From: a virus
Lineage: Duplodnaviria > Caudoviricetes
Virus record (IMG/VR): IMGVR_UViG_3300029183_000035
Location: 1-27,725 of that record
Length of the DNA: 27,725 nt
Strand: one strand, 5' to 3'
Positions within the stretch are counted from its first letter, which is position 1. Each line of letters starts with the position of its first letter. The position numbers were made by a program, and so were the translations under genes. Under the pieces are notes generated by a model that made no database searches, was not told the DNA's origin, and saw nothing but the letters and a program-made list of their open reading frames with translations. This document shows, piece after piece, positions 7,400 through 15,794 of this stretch.

Positions 7400-7589
7400 T
7401 GTCTTTCCTCCTCAGCACTAGTCATCTGAACTTCAGATAGTAAGTAACAAATATTATTTATCAACTATTTATTAAGTATTTGTTATTGCTTTTTCACGTA
7501 ACGTGAGCGTAACTTGTTGTCGTTTTTGGAGTTCGGTAATATGTGTTGGTGCAAAATATTTTTTGAAACCCTTTTCTTCGCAGGTGGTC
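7400..7589. promoter_or_regulatory. AT-rich divergent control region with palindromes
   Basis: 8/50 GC at 7441-7490. Inverted repeats: ATCTGAA-C-TTCAGAT (7424-7438), TAACAAATA/TATTTGTTA (7445-7485), TCACGT-A-ACGTGA (7494-7506). Candidate promoters: TTGATA-16-TACTAT (minus, 7464-7437) and TTGTTG-17-TAATAT (plus, 7514-7542). Confidence 0.7.
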
Positions 7590-7910
7590 GTGGACAAAAA
7601 ACGCGTTCAAAAAGCTGTTCGGTCTCTCCAGAGTGCGTTGAGAGATCTGGAAGCCCTGTTGAATGAAGAGGAGGACTCCAGTGGCGAAAAATGCTTGATG
7701 GAGAACTGCCGGAACGTGGCGAAGTTCCGGGGCCTGTGTCCGACCCACTACACCAAGGCAAGGAAGGAGATTCGCTCTGGAGCAGTGACTGAAGAACAAT
7801 TGATGGACTCGGGGCTTATGCTCCCCGAGCACAAGCCCGGAAGGCCACGACAGCCAACGTTTGAGCAAATGGTGTCAAAAAAGAAAGCCAAGAAGAGGAG
7901 CAAAAAATGA
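7590..7910 (+). CDS. Zinc-finger protein (CxxxxC-x9-CxxH) with N-terminal coiled coil and AT-hook-like PGRPR, paralog B
   Basis: CLMENC..RGLCPTH..VTEEQL..MLPE..PGRPR and a basic tail. Start uncertain (GTG 7584 or 7590; the ORF is open from 7503). Confidence 0.8.
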   Translation: MDKKRVQKAVRSLQSALRDLEALLNEEEDSSGEKCLMENCRNVAKFRGLCPTHYTKARKEIRSGAVTEEQLMDSGLMLPEHKPGRPRQPTFEQMVSKKKAKKRSKK

Positions 7911-8695
7911 AATCGCGATTGAGTGCTATTGCTCTGATACTGCCGTTGCTCCTAGGTGCCGAGAAACGTCGCTGGACGGACTACGAAGAGAAGAATTCCG
8001 TTGTCGGTACTCTAAAGTCTGTTGTGGTGCGCATCGAAAAACCGGACGGAGAAGTTATCTCGGTTGAAGCGGACAGGCTAAGCAAAAAAGACAGAGCTTA
8101 CATTGCCAAACAGATCGATCCGGAGGAACCGGATCCAACGCCGCCGGAGGTGCCCAAGATATCTCCAGACCAAGCTGTGATTAACCTCGCGCGAGCGGGA
8201 ATCTTGGTGAAGGCAGACGCAAAACATGTAAATATCTCTTGCGAGAATGGCAGGTTCAAAGGCTATGACCCATCGAACGTCGATGCCCTGAAATCACTTC
8301 ACTCTCTTCCGAATCTTAAAACCATGATTGTGATCGGCGCATTGGAGGACAAACATCTAGTTCCGCTCGCAGGGTTGCCAACCTTGGAACATATCGAGGT
8401 TTTCGTTGACAACATCCGCAAGCCAACGGGGCTTGATCCATTGGCAAAAATTCCCTCGCTTCAGTATCTAGAGATTCAATCCGAAATTACGAACGAGCAG
8501 CTTGAACCTGTCGGACGAATCTCAAGCCTAAAGGGGCTAAAACTAGGAAGCACGAAAATCACCGATCGCGGCCTCGTCCACTTGCGAGAGTTAAAGAACC
8601 TGGAATCGCTCATCCTGGAGGACAGCAAGGTCACCAAAGCCGGGTTGAAGGATCTCTACGAGCACCTACCTAAGTGCGTTGGGTCTCTCCGATGA
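7907..8695 (+). CDS. Exported SHD1-domain + leucine-rich-repeat protein
   Basis: Signal peptide MKSRLSAIALILPLLLGA; SHD1-like RRWTD..VRIEKPDG..DRLSKKDRAYI; Pro-rich linker; LRRs such as LKGLKLGSTKITDRGLVHLRELKNLESLILEDSKVT. ATGA overlap with the upstream gene. Confidence 0.85.
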   Translation: MKSRLSAIALILPLLLGAEKRRWTDYEEKNSVVGTLKSVVVRIEKPDGEVISVEADRLSKKDRAYIAKQIDPEEPDPTPPEVPKISPDQAVINLARAGILVKADAKHVNISCENGRFKGYDPSNVDALKSLHSLPNLKTMIVIGALEDKHLVPLAGLPTLEHIEVFVDNIRKPTGLDPLAKIPSLQYLEIQSEITNEQLEPVGRISSLKGLKLGSTKITDRGLVHLRELKNLESLILEDSKVTKAGLKDLYEHLPKCVGSLR

Positions 8696-9039
8696 TTGCG
8701 TTCCTATTGCTCTCCGTTTTGCCCGCCGATGGTGCAATCGTCGACCGGCCGGAACTCCTAGAATACAACCACGTACGCAAACCAGGGCAGCCGGCGTACG
8801 ATCAACTAATTGCGTGGGAGCGTTCGGAATCCGATGGCAAACTGCACATTGCGTGGTACATGCACGTCGCAAACATTGCCAAGCCAATCGGTGGTGAAAT
8901 CATCATTCACCGCAACGACCGTGTGATTCACGTTCGCGCCAGTCGTGGCATCGAAACCACAACGGACTATGACCCGGAAGTAGTGGACCACGTTCTATTT
9001 CCATCGCATCAGAGACGCGGCATACCGCAGCAGCGATGA
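8692..9039 (+). CDS. Hypothetical exported protein
   Basis: ATGA overlap with the previous stop; hydrophobic N-terminus MIAFLLLSVLP. Confidence 0.75.
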   Translation: MIAFLLLSVLPADGAIVDRPELLEYNHVRKPGQPAYDQLIAWERSESDGKLHIAWYMHVANIAKPIGGEIIIHRNDRVIHVRASRGIETTTDYDPEVVDHVLFPSHQRRGIPQQR

Positions 9040-9072
9040 CGTGTTCCGGCCCCAAACAAACGAGGCGCAGCA

Positions 9073-10026
9073 ATGACGGAACTTAGTCTCTATTTGAGCC
9101 TATGGGAGTCTTTTGGCGGGAGGATCGATTGGGGACATGACGACCCCCGTCGTGTCGCCGAGCAAGTCAGCTACGTCATCTGGTCGTACATCCAAGAAAT
9201 AGGATGCCCAGGAGATAACGATAAGGGGTCAGTGATCGGCCATGCGGCGCTTTACGCCAAGCTTCAGGAGGAAGAGACAGAAAGGGAACTGGTGTTTAGC
9301 AACACTGGTGGCAATGTCGGCTTTTATTCCGTCCCTCCTAAGCTTCCTTGGAGGTACTTTTTCAGAGGAATTTTAATGTGCTTTTACGTGCTGGAGTCAC
9401 TCGCCGGCCACTTGGAAGATGGAAAGTGGGAAACCTTGCGTGAGTTCCGCAAACGGGTGAGAAGACGTCGCCCGCCTAGAGTTCAAAAAGTCGTACTGCG
9501 CGGCGACGATGCCAATCAAGCTTTCCAACTCTTGGAGTTGATTCACACCGTAACAAGCGCTGACAACGCTGGTCCTGGAGCTCCCGAGGACTATGGCTTA
9601 AACACAACAGCCGTAAGGTTGCTCGACGACTTCGACCGGCCACTCCTAATGCGGTCCTACAACATTGATGGTGTTCAGCGGGAAATCCATGGAGGTTGTG
9701 CGAATGCCTTGGCGAGCGTGCTAGACGCCGCGAACTTGTCGCATCTTGTTCCTCGTCAACCTCCGGTGTTTGTCGAGCGCCCTCTCTCCTTCGACTTATT
9801 TCCCATTGCCGAGGATGGTGCCGTTCTGCCTGTTGTTCAGAACGACGAAGGCTTCGATAGAAACGGGAACGCAGTGGACGAGGACGTTCGACGAGAGTTG
9901 GACAGGCTTTCGCCTGTGTGGGGAGACGGTGACCTCGTGCGGTTTTTTGATCCCAATCACTGGTACGACTTGATTCCTGATGAACCTGCCAATTTTCGAG
10001 AGCTAAAGCGACAGCTAGGTATCTAA
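9073..10026 (+). CDS. Hypothetical protein (317 aa)
   Basis: Long ORF with GAGG RBS; no motif recognised. Confidence 0.75.
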   Translation: MTELSLYLSLWESFGGRIDWGHDDPRRVAEQVSYVIWSYIQEIGCPGDNDKGSVIGHAALYAKLQEEETERELVFSNTGGNVGFYSVPPKLPWRYFFRGILMCFYVLESLAGHLEDGKWETLREFRKRVRRRRPPRVQKVVLRGDDANQAFQLLELIHTVTSADNAGPGAPEDYGLNTTAVRLLDDFDRPLLMRSYNIDGVQREIHGGCANALASVLDAANLSHLVPRQPPVFVERPLSFDLFPIAEDGAVLPVVQNDEGFDRNGNAVDEDVRRELDRLSPVWGDGDLVRFFDPNHWYDLIPDEPANFRELKRQLGI

Positions 10027-10135
10027 TGTCGCTCTTCTGGAGAAGGCTTCGGCAGTCGGACCTAACGCGTCCACAGCGACAAAGGATGGTGCGAGGTCGA
10101 CGCCTTTTTAGTGAGAAAGCGGGGCACTCTTGAAA

Positions 10136-10537
10136 TTAGCCTACTCTCGCCGGCTCATGATACTTGTACATATTGCGCCCACAGTGGCTTGGCGTGTTGA
10201 AGTGGTTTTTGTGCCGATCGTCCCAACCAATCCGAGCAAGTAGCGACTTCCCATTCCTCCGCTTGTCGTTCGCATCCTGGATTTCGCTGAAATACTCCTT
10301 CGCCTCCCTGATCGACTTCAGCAGAGCAATTTTTCGAATCGTTCCGCAAGTGCCCATGCCCTTCAACGCGGTTACGCCCCGGCTGGCTTGCATATGAAAG
10401 ACGGTTCCCTCCAATACCTCAACGCCATCGGACACAAGGATAAAGTCTTCATCGTACAGCCAGCGTCGGCACTCAGGCGAAGCTCTTAGGTGCCCCCACC
10501 ATTCGGACAGACGCACGCGGCAAGCTGGACAGTTCAT
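10136..10537 (-). CDS. Hypothetical protein with N-terminal CxxC...H...C zinc-binding-like motif
   Basis: MNCPAC..GHLRASPEC; AGAGGA RBS before ATG 10537, preferred over 10855. Confidence 0.65.
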   Translation of the reverse strand: MNCPACRVRLSEWWGHLRASPECRRWLYDEDFILVSDGVEVLEGTVFHMQASRGVTALKGMGTCGTIRKIALLKSIREAKEYFSEIQDANDKRRNGKSLLARIGWDDRHKNHFNTPSHCGRNMYKYHEPARVG

Positions 10538-10644
10538 TCTCTTCGTTCCTCTGCGGTATGTTTTTATTCCGTCATTTTGTCGGAATAAATTGTCTGAGTC
10601 TTTTTCGTCGCCTTTCTTTGGACACGCGTTGGCCGTTTCAGTTT

Positions 10645-10669
10645 TCAAGTGGTCATTTTGACCACTTGA
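10645..10669. promoter_or_regulatory. Perfect 11-bp inverted repeat, operator-like
   Basis: TCAAGTGGTCA-TTT-TGACCACTTGA in a divergent intergenic region. Confidence 0.6.
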
Positions 10670-10765
10670 TTTTCTGTCACCCCCTAGGGGGTTTTTGCTG
10701 CTTTTGAGGAGGTCGATTCCAAGATTCCCCGATCTGGTGCGAATGAGCCCGAACAGGAGGAACCC

Positions 10766-11140
10766 ATGATGAAACTTCCAGCCCGCCTTAGCCTCTTCAA
10801 TCTCATCCTGATTTCTGCCCTTAGTGGCGTTTCTGCCGCGTTCTTTGTGGAACACTATTCAGGCCGTATCGTGCGAGACAAGTACGAGAACATCCTTCGC
10901 GAACACACTGAATGGAGGCAGACCTACAGGGGCGTTGAGGAAATCTCGGCGGAACAAGCCGCACGACAGAAGACGGTGAACAAGCTGGACCGGGATGCGA
11001 GTTTCTACCGAGCGCGATGCGAAGAGCTGAAATGGCAAATCCAGCAACTGGAGAAGCGAAAAGAAACCCTGGAGGCCGACGTGCCGAGTTACACGGTCGT
11101 CGACTTCGGGACGCCCGTCCCCATGCTCCGTTCGGAGTGA
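10766..11140 (+). CDS. Membrane-anchored coiled-coil protein
   Basis: AGGAGG RBS; N-terminal hydrophobic helix LSLFNLILISALSGVSAAFFV followed by a heptad-like charged helix. Confidence 0.75.
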   Translation: MMKLPARLSLFNLILISALSGVSAAFFVEHYSGRIVRDKYENILREHTEWRQTYRGVEEISAEQAARQKTVNKLDRDASFYRARCEELKWQIQQLEKRKETLEADVPSYTVVDFGTPVPMLRSE

Positions 11141-11238
11141 TTCAGCGTTTGCCTTTGGCTCCGATGATTCTTGCAGCCGCTCCCACTCCTTGCGGGAATT
11201 TGACCCGGGGCTGTGGGGCTTCAAGATGGGTTTCTTTA

Positions 11239-12075
11239 TCACGAGCCGCCTCCTGTATCGTCACAGCATTCGACGTCGACATACAAATCGCCGTCTCGAA
11301 CTTGCTTCAACTGAACTCTGAACCCACTTGGAACAGCCACTTCGCAGCTATTCCACACCGTGACGCCTGACTTATAGACTTCCCATTCGTCATCGTCCCG
11401 GTCGCGATAGAGTAAGTCCGCCGTTCCCGATCCCGGCCCGCTCGATGTCGCCGCTGAAATGACGGTCGTTGTATCCGCAACCGAACCCGCCCGTGGTGGC
11501 GGCTCGATGATGAACTTCTGGGCGTCTGCAAACCATTCGATGAGAAACTCATCATCCTTGAAGATGTAGGCGTTCGTGTCGTTGACCGTGAGGTGTGCCG
11601 TTACTTTGGCACCCGACTCAACAAGCGTCACCGTCCCGCTCTGTGCCTCGTCAATGTCCGCGTCGGCGGTGGCCTTGAACCGCGTTTGACTCTGAATGAT
11701 GTACCAGCGGTTGCTCACATACTGAACGATGACTCGTGAGTCTTCCGGCAAGTAGATGCCGCTGTACGTTTGAGCCACCTTGAAGTTGTTCGTTGAAACA
11801 ATCGGTATGTCGGGAATCGCTTCTACGTTCCCTGTCAGCGTGGGCTCTTCGAACTTGTGATGCTCAATGGCAATCAGAAACTTATTCGCAGGCCAAACGG
11901 GGTAGACAGATTCACCAGGCGCCACCGTGCGAGCCAAGCGGGGGAAGTTGGCCATCGACTGAACGGGAAACGGTTCCGCCAAGTTTCCCAAATCGCGAGG
12001 CGTCTGAACGATACGCTCGTGATCCTGGACGACCGTTTGAACAAATCGCTCGCTGACAGAATGGCCATTTGCCAT
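11239..12075 (-). CDS. Putative tail-tip/minor tail protein
   Basis: Last gene of the late operon. ATG 12075 follows the upstream stop at 12077. Beta-rich. Function inferred from position. Confidence 0.65.
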   Translation of the reverse strand: MANGHSVSERFVQTVVQDHERIVQTPRDLGNLAEPFPVQSMANFPRLARTVAPGESVYPVWPANKFLIAIEHHKFEEPTLTGNVEAIPDIPIVSTNNFKVAQTYSGIYLPEDSRVIVQYVSNRWYIIQSQTRFKATADADIDEAQSGTVTLVESGAKVTAHLTVNDTNAYIFKDDEFLIEWFADAQKFIIEPPPRAGSVADTTTVISAATSSGPGSGTADLLYRDRDDDEWEVYKSGVTVWNSCEVAVPSGFRVQLKQVRDGDLYVDVECCDDTGGGS

Positions 12076-12076
12076 C

Positions 12077-12934
12077 TTAGACGTCCCCTGTCCAATCCAC
12101 ACTCAAGGGACCACTTGGGAAGCCATCCAAGCCATTGGTCACCGTAACAATGGATTTGTCGAGGCGAAGGCTACCATCTTGCTGGCGATGGATGTTGAGT
12201 GTCGTCACCGTTCGAGATACCGCCGATTGCAAAAAGTCGACTTCACCGCCGTAGATGTCCAAAGTGGCAAGCGTCCCGCTCGCGTTACTCACCAATTGAC
12301 CACCGTAGATTTTGGCGTTGGTAATGGCCGCGTCTTCATCCGTCGTCACGCCCCCGTCGTAAATCGTCATAAGGGGCGCGTCGCACAGCACGCGACAATC
12401 CGTTCCGTCCTGCTGGTAGTAGGCCGTCGAAAGCGTAACGCCGTTGCCAAGCCACAAACTGGCGTTGCCCGCGCTCACTCGTGCGGTGGCGACGGTGGAT
12501 GTTTCGCCGTGCTTAACGGCAATCCCAACATCACCGTTGTGGACGTCAATCGTCCCAATCGCACTTCCCTTGAGATAGAGCCCCCGACGACCTGTACCGC
12601 CGTTCCCTGTCCCCAGGATTTCAGGGGATACAGAAGATGCTTCCAAATCAATTCGCGAAACGCCCGCACCGTTGAACGTAAATGCCGACGTCGTGATTTG
12701 CAGATAGTTGTCGTTGTCGCCGATGGCTTTGTTGAATCCTTCATCCACGACGAACGATGCCAGCGCAACACCGCTCAATGTGGAGAGGCCAGCGGTTAGG
12801 GCGTACATCGTGTCACGCGGAACGAGACGCACGTTGTCGGATGCGACGGGGACGCCAGAGGGAGACCAGTTAGCGGCAACGCTCACGTCGCCTTCGTTCC
12901 CCGAATCGTTGCCCAGCCATATTTTGTTCGCCAT
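12077..12934 (-). CDS. Putative tail-associated beta-helix-like protein
   Basis: N-terminal W.G..ANWSPSGVP..D motif and repeated IYGG/IYDGG beta-strands; position after the tape measure. Confidence 0.65.
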   Translation of the reverse strand: MANKIWLGNDSGNEGDVSVAANWSPSGVPVASDNVRLVPRDTMYALTAGLSTLSGVALASFVVDEGFNKAIGDNDNYLQITTSAFTFNGAGVSRIDLEASSVSPEILGTGNGGTGRRGLYLKGSAIGTIDVHNGDVGIAVKHGETSTVATARVSAGNASLWLGNGVTLSTAYYQQDGTDCRVLCDAPLMTIYDGGVTTDEDAAITNAKIYGGQLVSNASGTLATLDIYGGEVDFLQSAVSRTVTTLNIHRQQDGSLRLDKSIVTVTNGLDGFPSGPLSVDWTGDV

Positions 12935-12942
12935 TGCTCAAC

Positions 12943-13995
12943 CTAGATTTTCAGTTTGCGATAGTCCATCAGTTCGCGTTTTCTGTATTTGACGTAAACC
13001 GCATCTTTTCCGGCTTTCAGCCTCTGGCCGTTCCCGTCCAAGTTGACGGGCGTGCTGATGGGGTAATCGTCGTGTTCGCTCTTGATTCGCTCCTTACCGA
13101 TCGGCAACGGGGCAAATTCTTCCGGGCCAACTCGTATAGGGAGCAAAGAAATTGTGCTGCCGAGTCCATCTGGGTCACCATCGGCCCGCCTCTCATTCAG
13201 TCCGCGGTCAAGGATTTCATCGTCCCACGTGTTTATGTTCACGGCGAAAATGTAGGTAACACGAACGTAATCAACACCGTTCTTGCGCTCCCAAGATCGC
13301 GGTAGACCGATGAGCTTGATGGTGTTGGGGTAGAACCTTCGCTTGTACCTTGGCTTCTTTATTGAGAGTGTCCAGGTCTTTTTGTTGGGTGTGTTCAAGT
13401 ACACGGTATGCTCAAGCGGATCCGTTTTCACGTTCTTGGTGATGCGGATGGTCTCGATGTACTCAACGTCCGTTAAGCCAGGAACGAATGCGTCACCCGC
13501 CGAGTTTATTGGAATGGTCGTATTAGAGTCGCCGTCTCGGGTTCGAAGATTGAAATGCCTCGTGGTTACATCTGAAAACCCGGAAATGTACAGCGCCTTC
13601 TCGACGGCCTTCGTTTCCGTGCTGAAGGATGATTCAATTCGGTAGGGTTCCTTCAGGGGATCGTCAAACTGGTCTCCCTGGTCGTCCTGGTTCTCGTCCT
13701 CATCCTCTTTGTTCTGGTAGCTGACGGAGACGTGATATTGGTTGTCTTCAAGACCAGAACTCTCCTCGACGCCAATCGATTCCACATCGATGAACGCGTA
13801 ATCATTCCCGACGTTGTAAGGACGCCCGAACCATGGGTTCGCCGGATCGGAACGCATGGCCGTCAGGACAGCGTCTAGACCGTCGTGCTGATTGCTGGTG
13901 TCCGCCAGGTATTCCGCTTCGATGCGTAGCGGTTGGTCTCGGGTGAGTGTTGCCCGGCGTCCGCCAGGAACAGGTTTGATGCGTGTAACTGCCAT
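12943..13995 (-). CDS. Putative distal tail/hub protein
   Basis: 350 aa, immediately downstream of the tape measure, GAGG RBS; inferred from synteny. Confidence 0.65.
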   Translation of the reverse strand: MAVTRIKPVPGGRRATLTRDQPLRIEAEYLADTSNQHDGLDAVLTAMRSDPANPWFGRPYNVGNDYAFIDVESIGVEESSGLEDNQYHVSVSYQNKEDEDENQDDQGDQFDDPLKEPYRIESSFSTETKAVEKALYISGFSDVTTRHFNLRTRDGDSNTTIPINSAGDAFVPGLTDVEYIETIRITKNVKTDPLEHTVYLNTPNKKTWTLSIKKPRYKRRFYPNTIKLIGLPRSWERKNGVDYVRVTYIFAVNINTWDDEILDRGLNERRADGDPDGLGSTISLLPIRVGPEEFAPLPIGKERIKSEHDDYPISTPVNLDGNGQRLKAGKDAVYVKYRKRELMDYRKLKI

Positions 13996-14005
13996 TTCTA
14001 CCTCT

Positions 14006-15472
14006 CTAGAACAAGGGAACGTCGGCGACTGCGGGTGGAGCAGACGTTGTTCGTATCCGGTCTCTGATTTCGCTCAGATGCGATTCAGACTTTTCCAAGT
14101 GGCCCTCAGACTTCCGTTCGACACTCAACAGGTCGTTAATCTTTTGGCTTTCCTGAACGGCCTTGAAGGCTTGGGTGCTGCCACGAATCAATGCACCCAC
14201 TTCTTGCGGTTTGGGAGCTTTCCGTTTTCGGGAACTCCCGCTTTCTCCGTCTTCAGATTCACCCAAGCCCCGGAACGCACCGTCATCAAAACGCTTGGCC
14301 CGCTCTTCTGCTCGTCGCTCGATGTCTCGAATCTTGTCTTCAAACTCTTTGCCCAAAGCACCCGTCAATCCGCGTTCCATGCTCTTCTCGGCAAACTCCA
14401 TTGACTCCTTTGCGGCGTCTAGCCAAGCATCCGCGAGGAACTGCGATGTGTCGTTTCCTGATAAGTCGGCCACCACTTGGGCGGCAACACCCGCCAACTG
14501 CTGGATACCGCCGACCCACATCGAGATGAGCCCTAACAGAAACTCACCGGTACTCAACACGGGCTTCATCACCATCACGAAAGCATCAGCCGCCAAGGTG
14601 ATAGAATCGCCGAACGTACCCGCACCGCCGGCTGCGTCGAACAACAGTTCAATCAGTGCTTGGAACGAAGGAGACAGGGCCGTGGACACCTTCTTGAACA
14701 CACCATCCACAACCGCCTTCAAACGGGCCCACGCATCTTGGAACATTTCCGCTTTGGCAAAGTCAAGCTTGTCCAGTGCCAGCCCCGTTCCCTTCAGGTC
14801 ATCCTGCACTTTGGAAACGATGTCAGTATCCATCATCCGTAGGAACTTTTGCCATTTGTGGCCGAACAAATCGAACGCCAGTTGCGCCCGCTGGGCTGGG
14901 TCCTCAATCTTCTTGAACACCTTGCCAAGGGCGTCTAGCTCTTGATCGGCGGTCAGTCCCTTGAGGCTGCTGGGGTCAAAGCCAAGGCTATTCAGTTGGG
15001 CTTGCGTTTCGACTGCCGCTTGCGACGTTCCGTTGAGCATCGCATGCGCGTTGTTCAAGCCTATCGACATTTCAGACATGCCGAGACCGACTCGTGAAGC
15101 CGCCACATCGAGCCCCTGAAACACTTGGACGGCCACGCCGAGTTGCAAAGCACTGCCCAGCATTTCGTCAATGCGGGCCGTTTGCGAGACCACAATGGCA
15201 CCCAAACCAGCGACAAAGCTACTGGCAGCAGTCGCCAGCGTGGAGAGAACGCTGACAACCATCATGCTCTTGGTCGCGATCCCGCTCAGCATGCGGTTGA
15301 ACATGCCGCCACCACCACCGCCTTTGGAGACAGACGACGTTTCCGAGTTCACTTTGCCCACGGCTTTCGAAAAGCCGCCGACAACCGACTCCGCTTGGCG
15401 AAAACCCGAAATGAACCGGGTTACGTCCGCCGTCATCACCGTTGCGAGTGCGAGTGTTTTACCGAATGCCAT
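14006..15472 (-). CDS. Tail tape measure protein (short, 488 aa)
   Basis: Ala/Gly/Leu-rich and helical; LATVMTADVTRF N-terminus; IEDPAQRAQLAFDLFG motif; follows the frameshifted chaperone. Confidence 0.85.
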   Translation of the reverse strand: MAFGKTLALATVMTADVTRFISGFRQAESVVGGFSKAVGKVNSETSSVSKGGGGGGMFNRMLSGIATKSMMVVSVLSTLATAASSFVAGLGAIVVSQTARIDEMLGSALQLGVAVQVFQGLDVAASRVGLGMSEMSIGLNNAHAMLNGTSQAAVETQAQLNSLGFDPSSLKGLTADQELDALGKVFKKIEDPAQRAQLAFDLFGHKWQKFLRMMDTDIVSKVQDDLKGTGLALDKLDFAKAEMFQDAWARLKAVVDGVFKKVSTALSPSFQALIELLFDAAGGAGTFGDSITLAADAFVMVMKPVLSTGEFLLGLISMWVGGIQQLAGVAAQVVADLSGNDTSQFLADAWLDAAKESMEFAEKSMERGLTGALGKEFEDKIRDIERRAEERAKRFDDGAFRGLGESEDGESGSSRKRKAPKPQEVGALIRGSTQAFKAVQESQKINDLLSVERKSEGHLEKSESHLSEIRDRIRTTSAPPAVADVPLF

Positions 15473-15794
15473 TTTCTGCCGCTAACACTTCGTAGTAGTT
15501 GTTGGTTTGTTCGAGAAGGCCGGCAATGGGTGCGTCCCGGTCTTCGAAGTAGGGATACATGGGCGTGAGCGTTCCAAGTGCCGATTTGTCCTCTGTCCAA
15601 GGTGCGAGCATTGCCCAATACAGTGATGCCGAACGCATGTCTTGTCGGTGTTCACCCCAAGGTTGCAGTTCATAGAGCGCCCGCCAGTGAATGAAATCGG
15701 TCCACGAAATTTGCTTGAACAGTTGTCGCGGTGACGAGATGCTTAACAACGCGCACAGCTCGTAGGTGAACCTAAGGTGGGTCCCTTCGCCTAG
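15459..15794 (-). CDS. Tail assembly chaperone T segment (-1 frame extension, GT fusion)
   Basis: The -1 frame is open from the slippery site: LGEGTHLRFTYELCALLSISSPRQL..WRALYELQPWGEHRQDMR, a typical gpT-like W.A.y..ePwG..R.D.R motif. Confidence 0.8.
   Translation of the reverse strand, partial: LGEGTHLRFTYELCALLSISSPRQLFKQISWTDFIHWRALYELQPWGEHRQDMRSASLYWAMLAPWTEDKSALGTLTPMYPYFEDRDAPIAGLLEQTNNYYEVLAAENGIR

Noticed and set aside
10538-10855. Long N-terminus of ORF 10136-10855
   Set aside because: Overlaps the opposite-strand gene and the palindromes; a good RBS precedes ATG 10537.
10766-11140. Inner-membrane spanin call
   Set aside because: TM plus coiled coil fits, but it is antisense to the late operon with no o-spanin or endolysin next to it.
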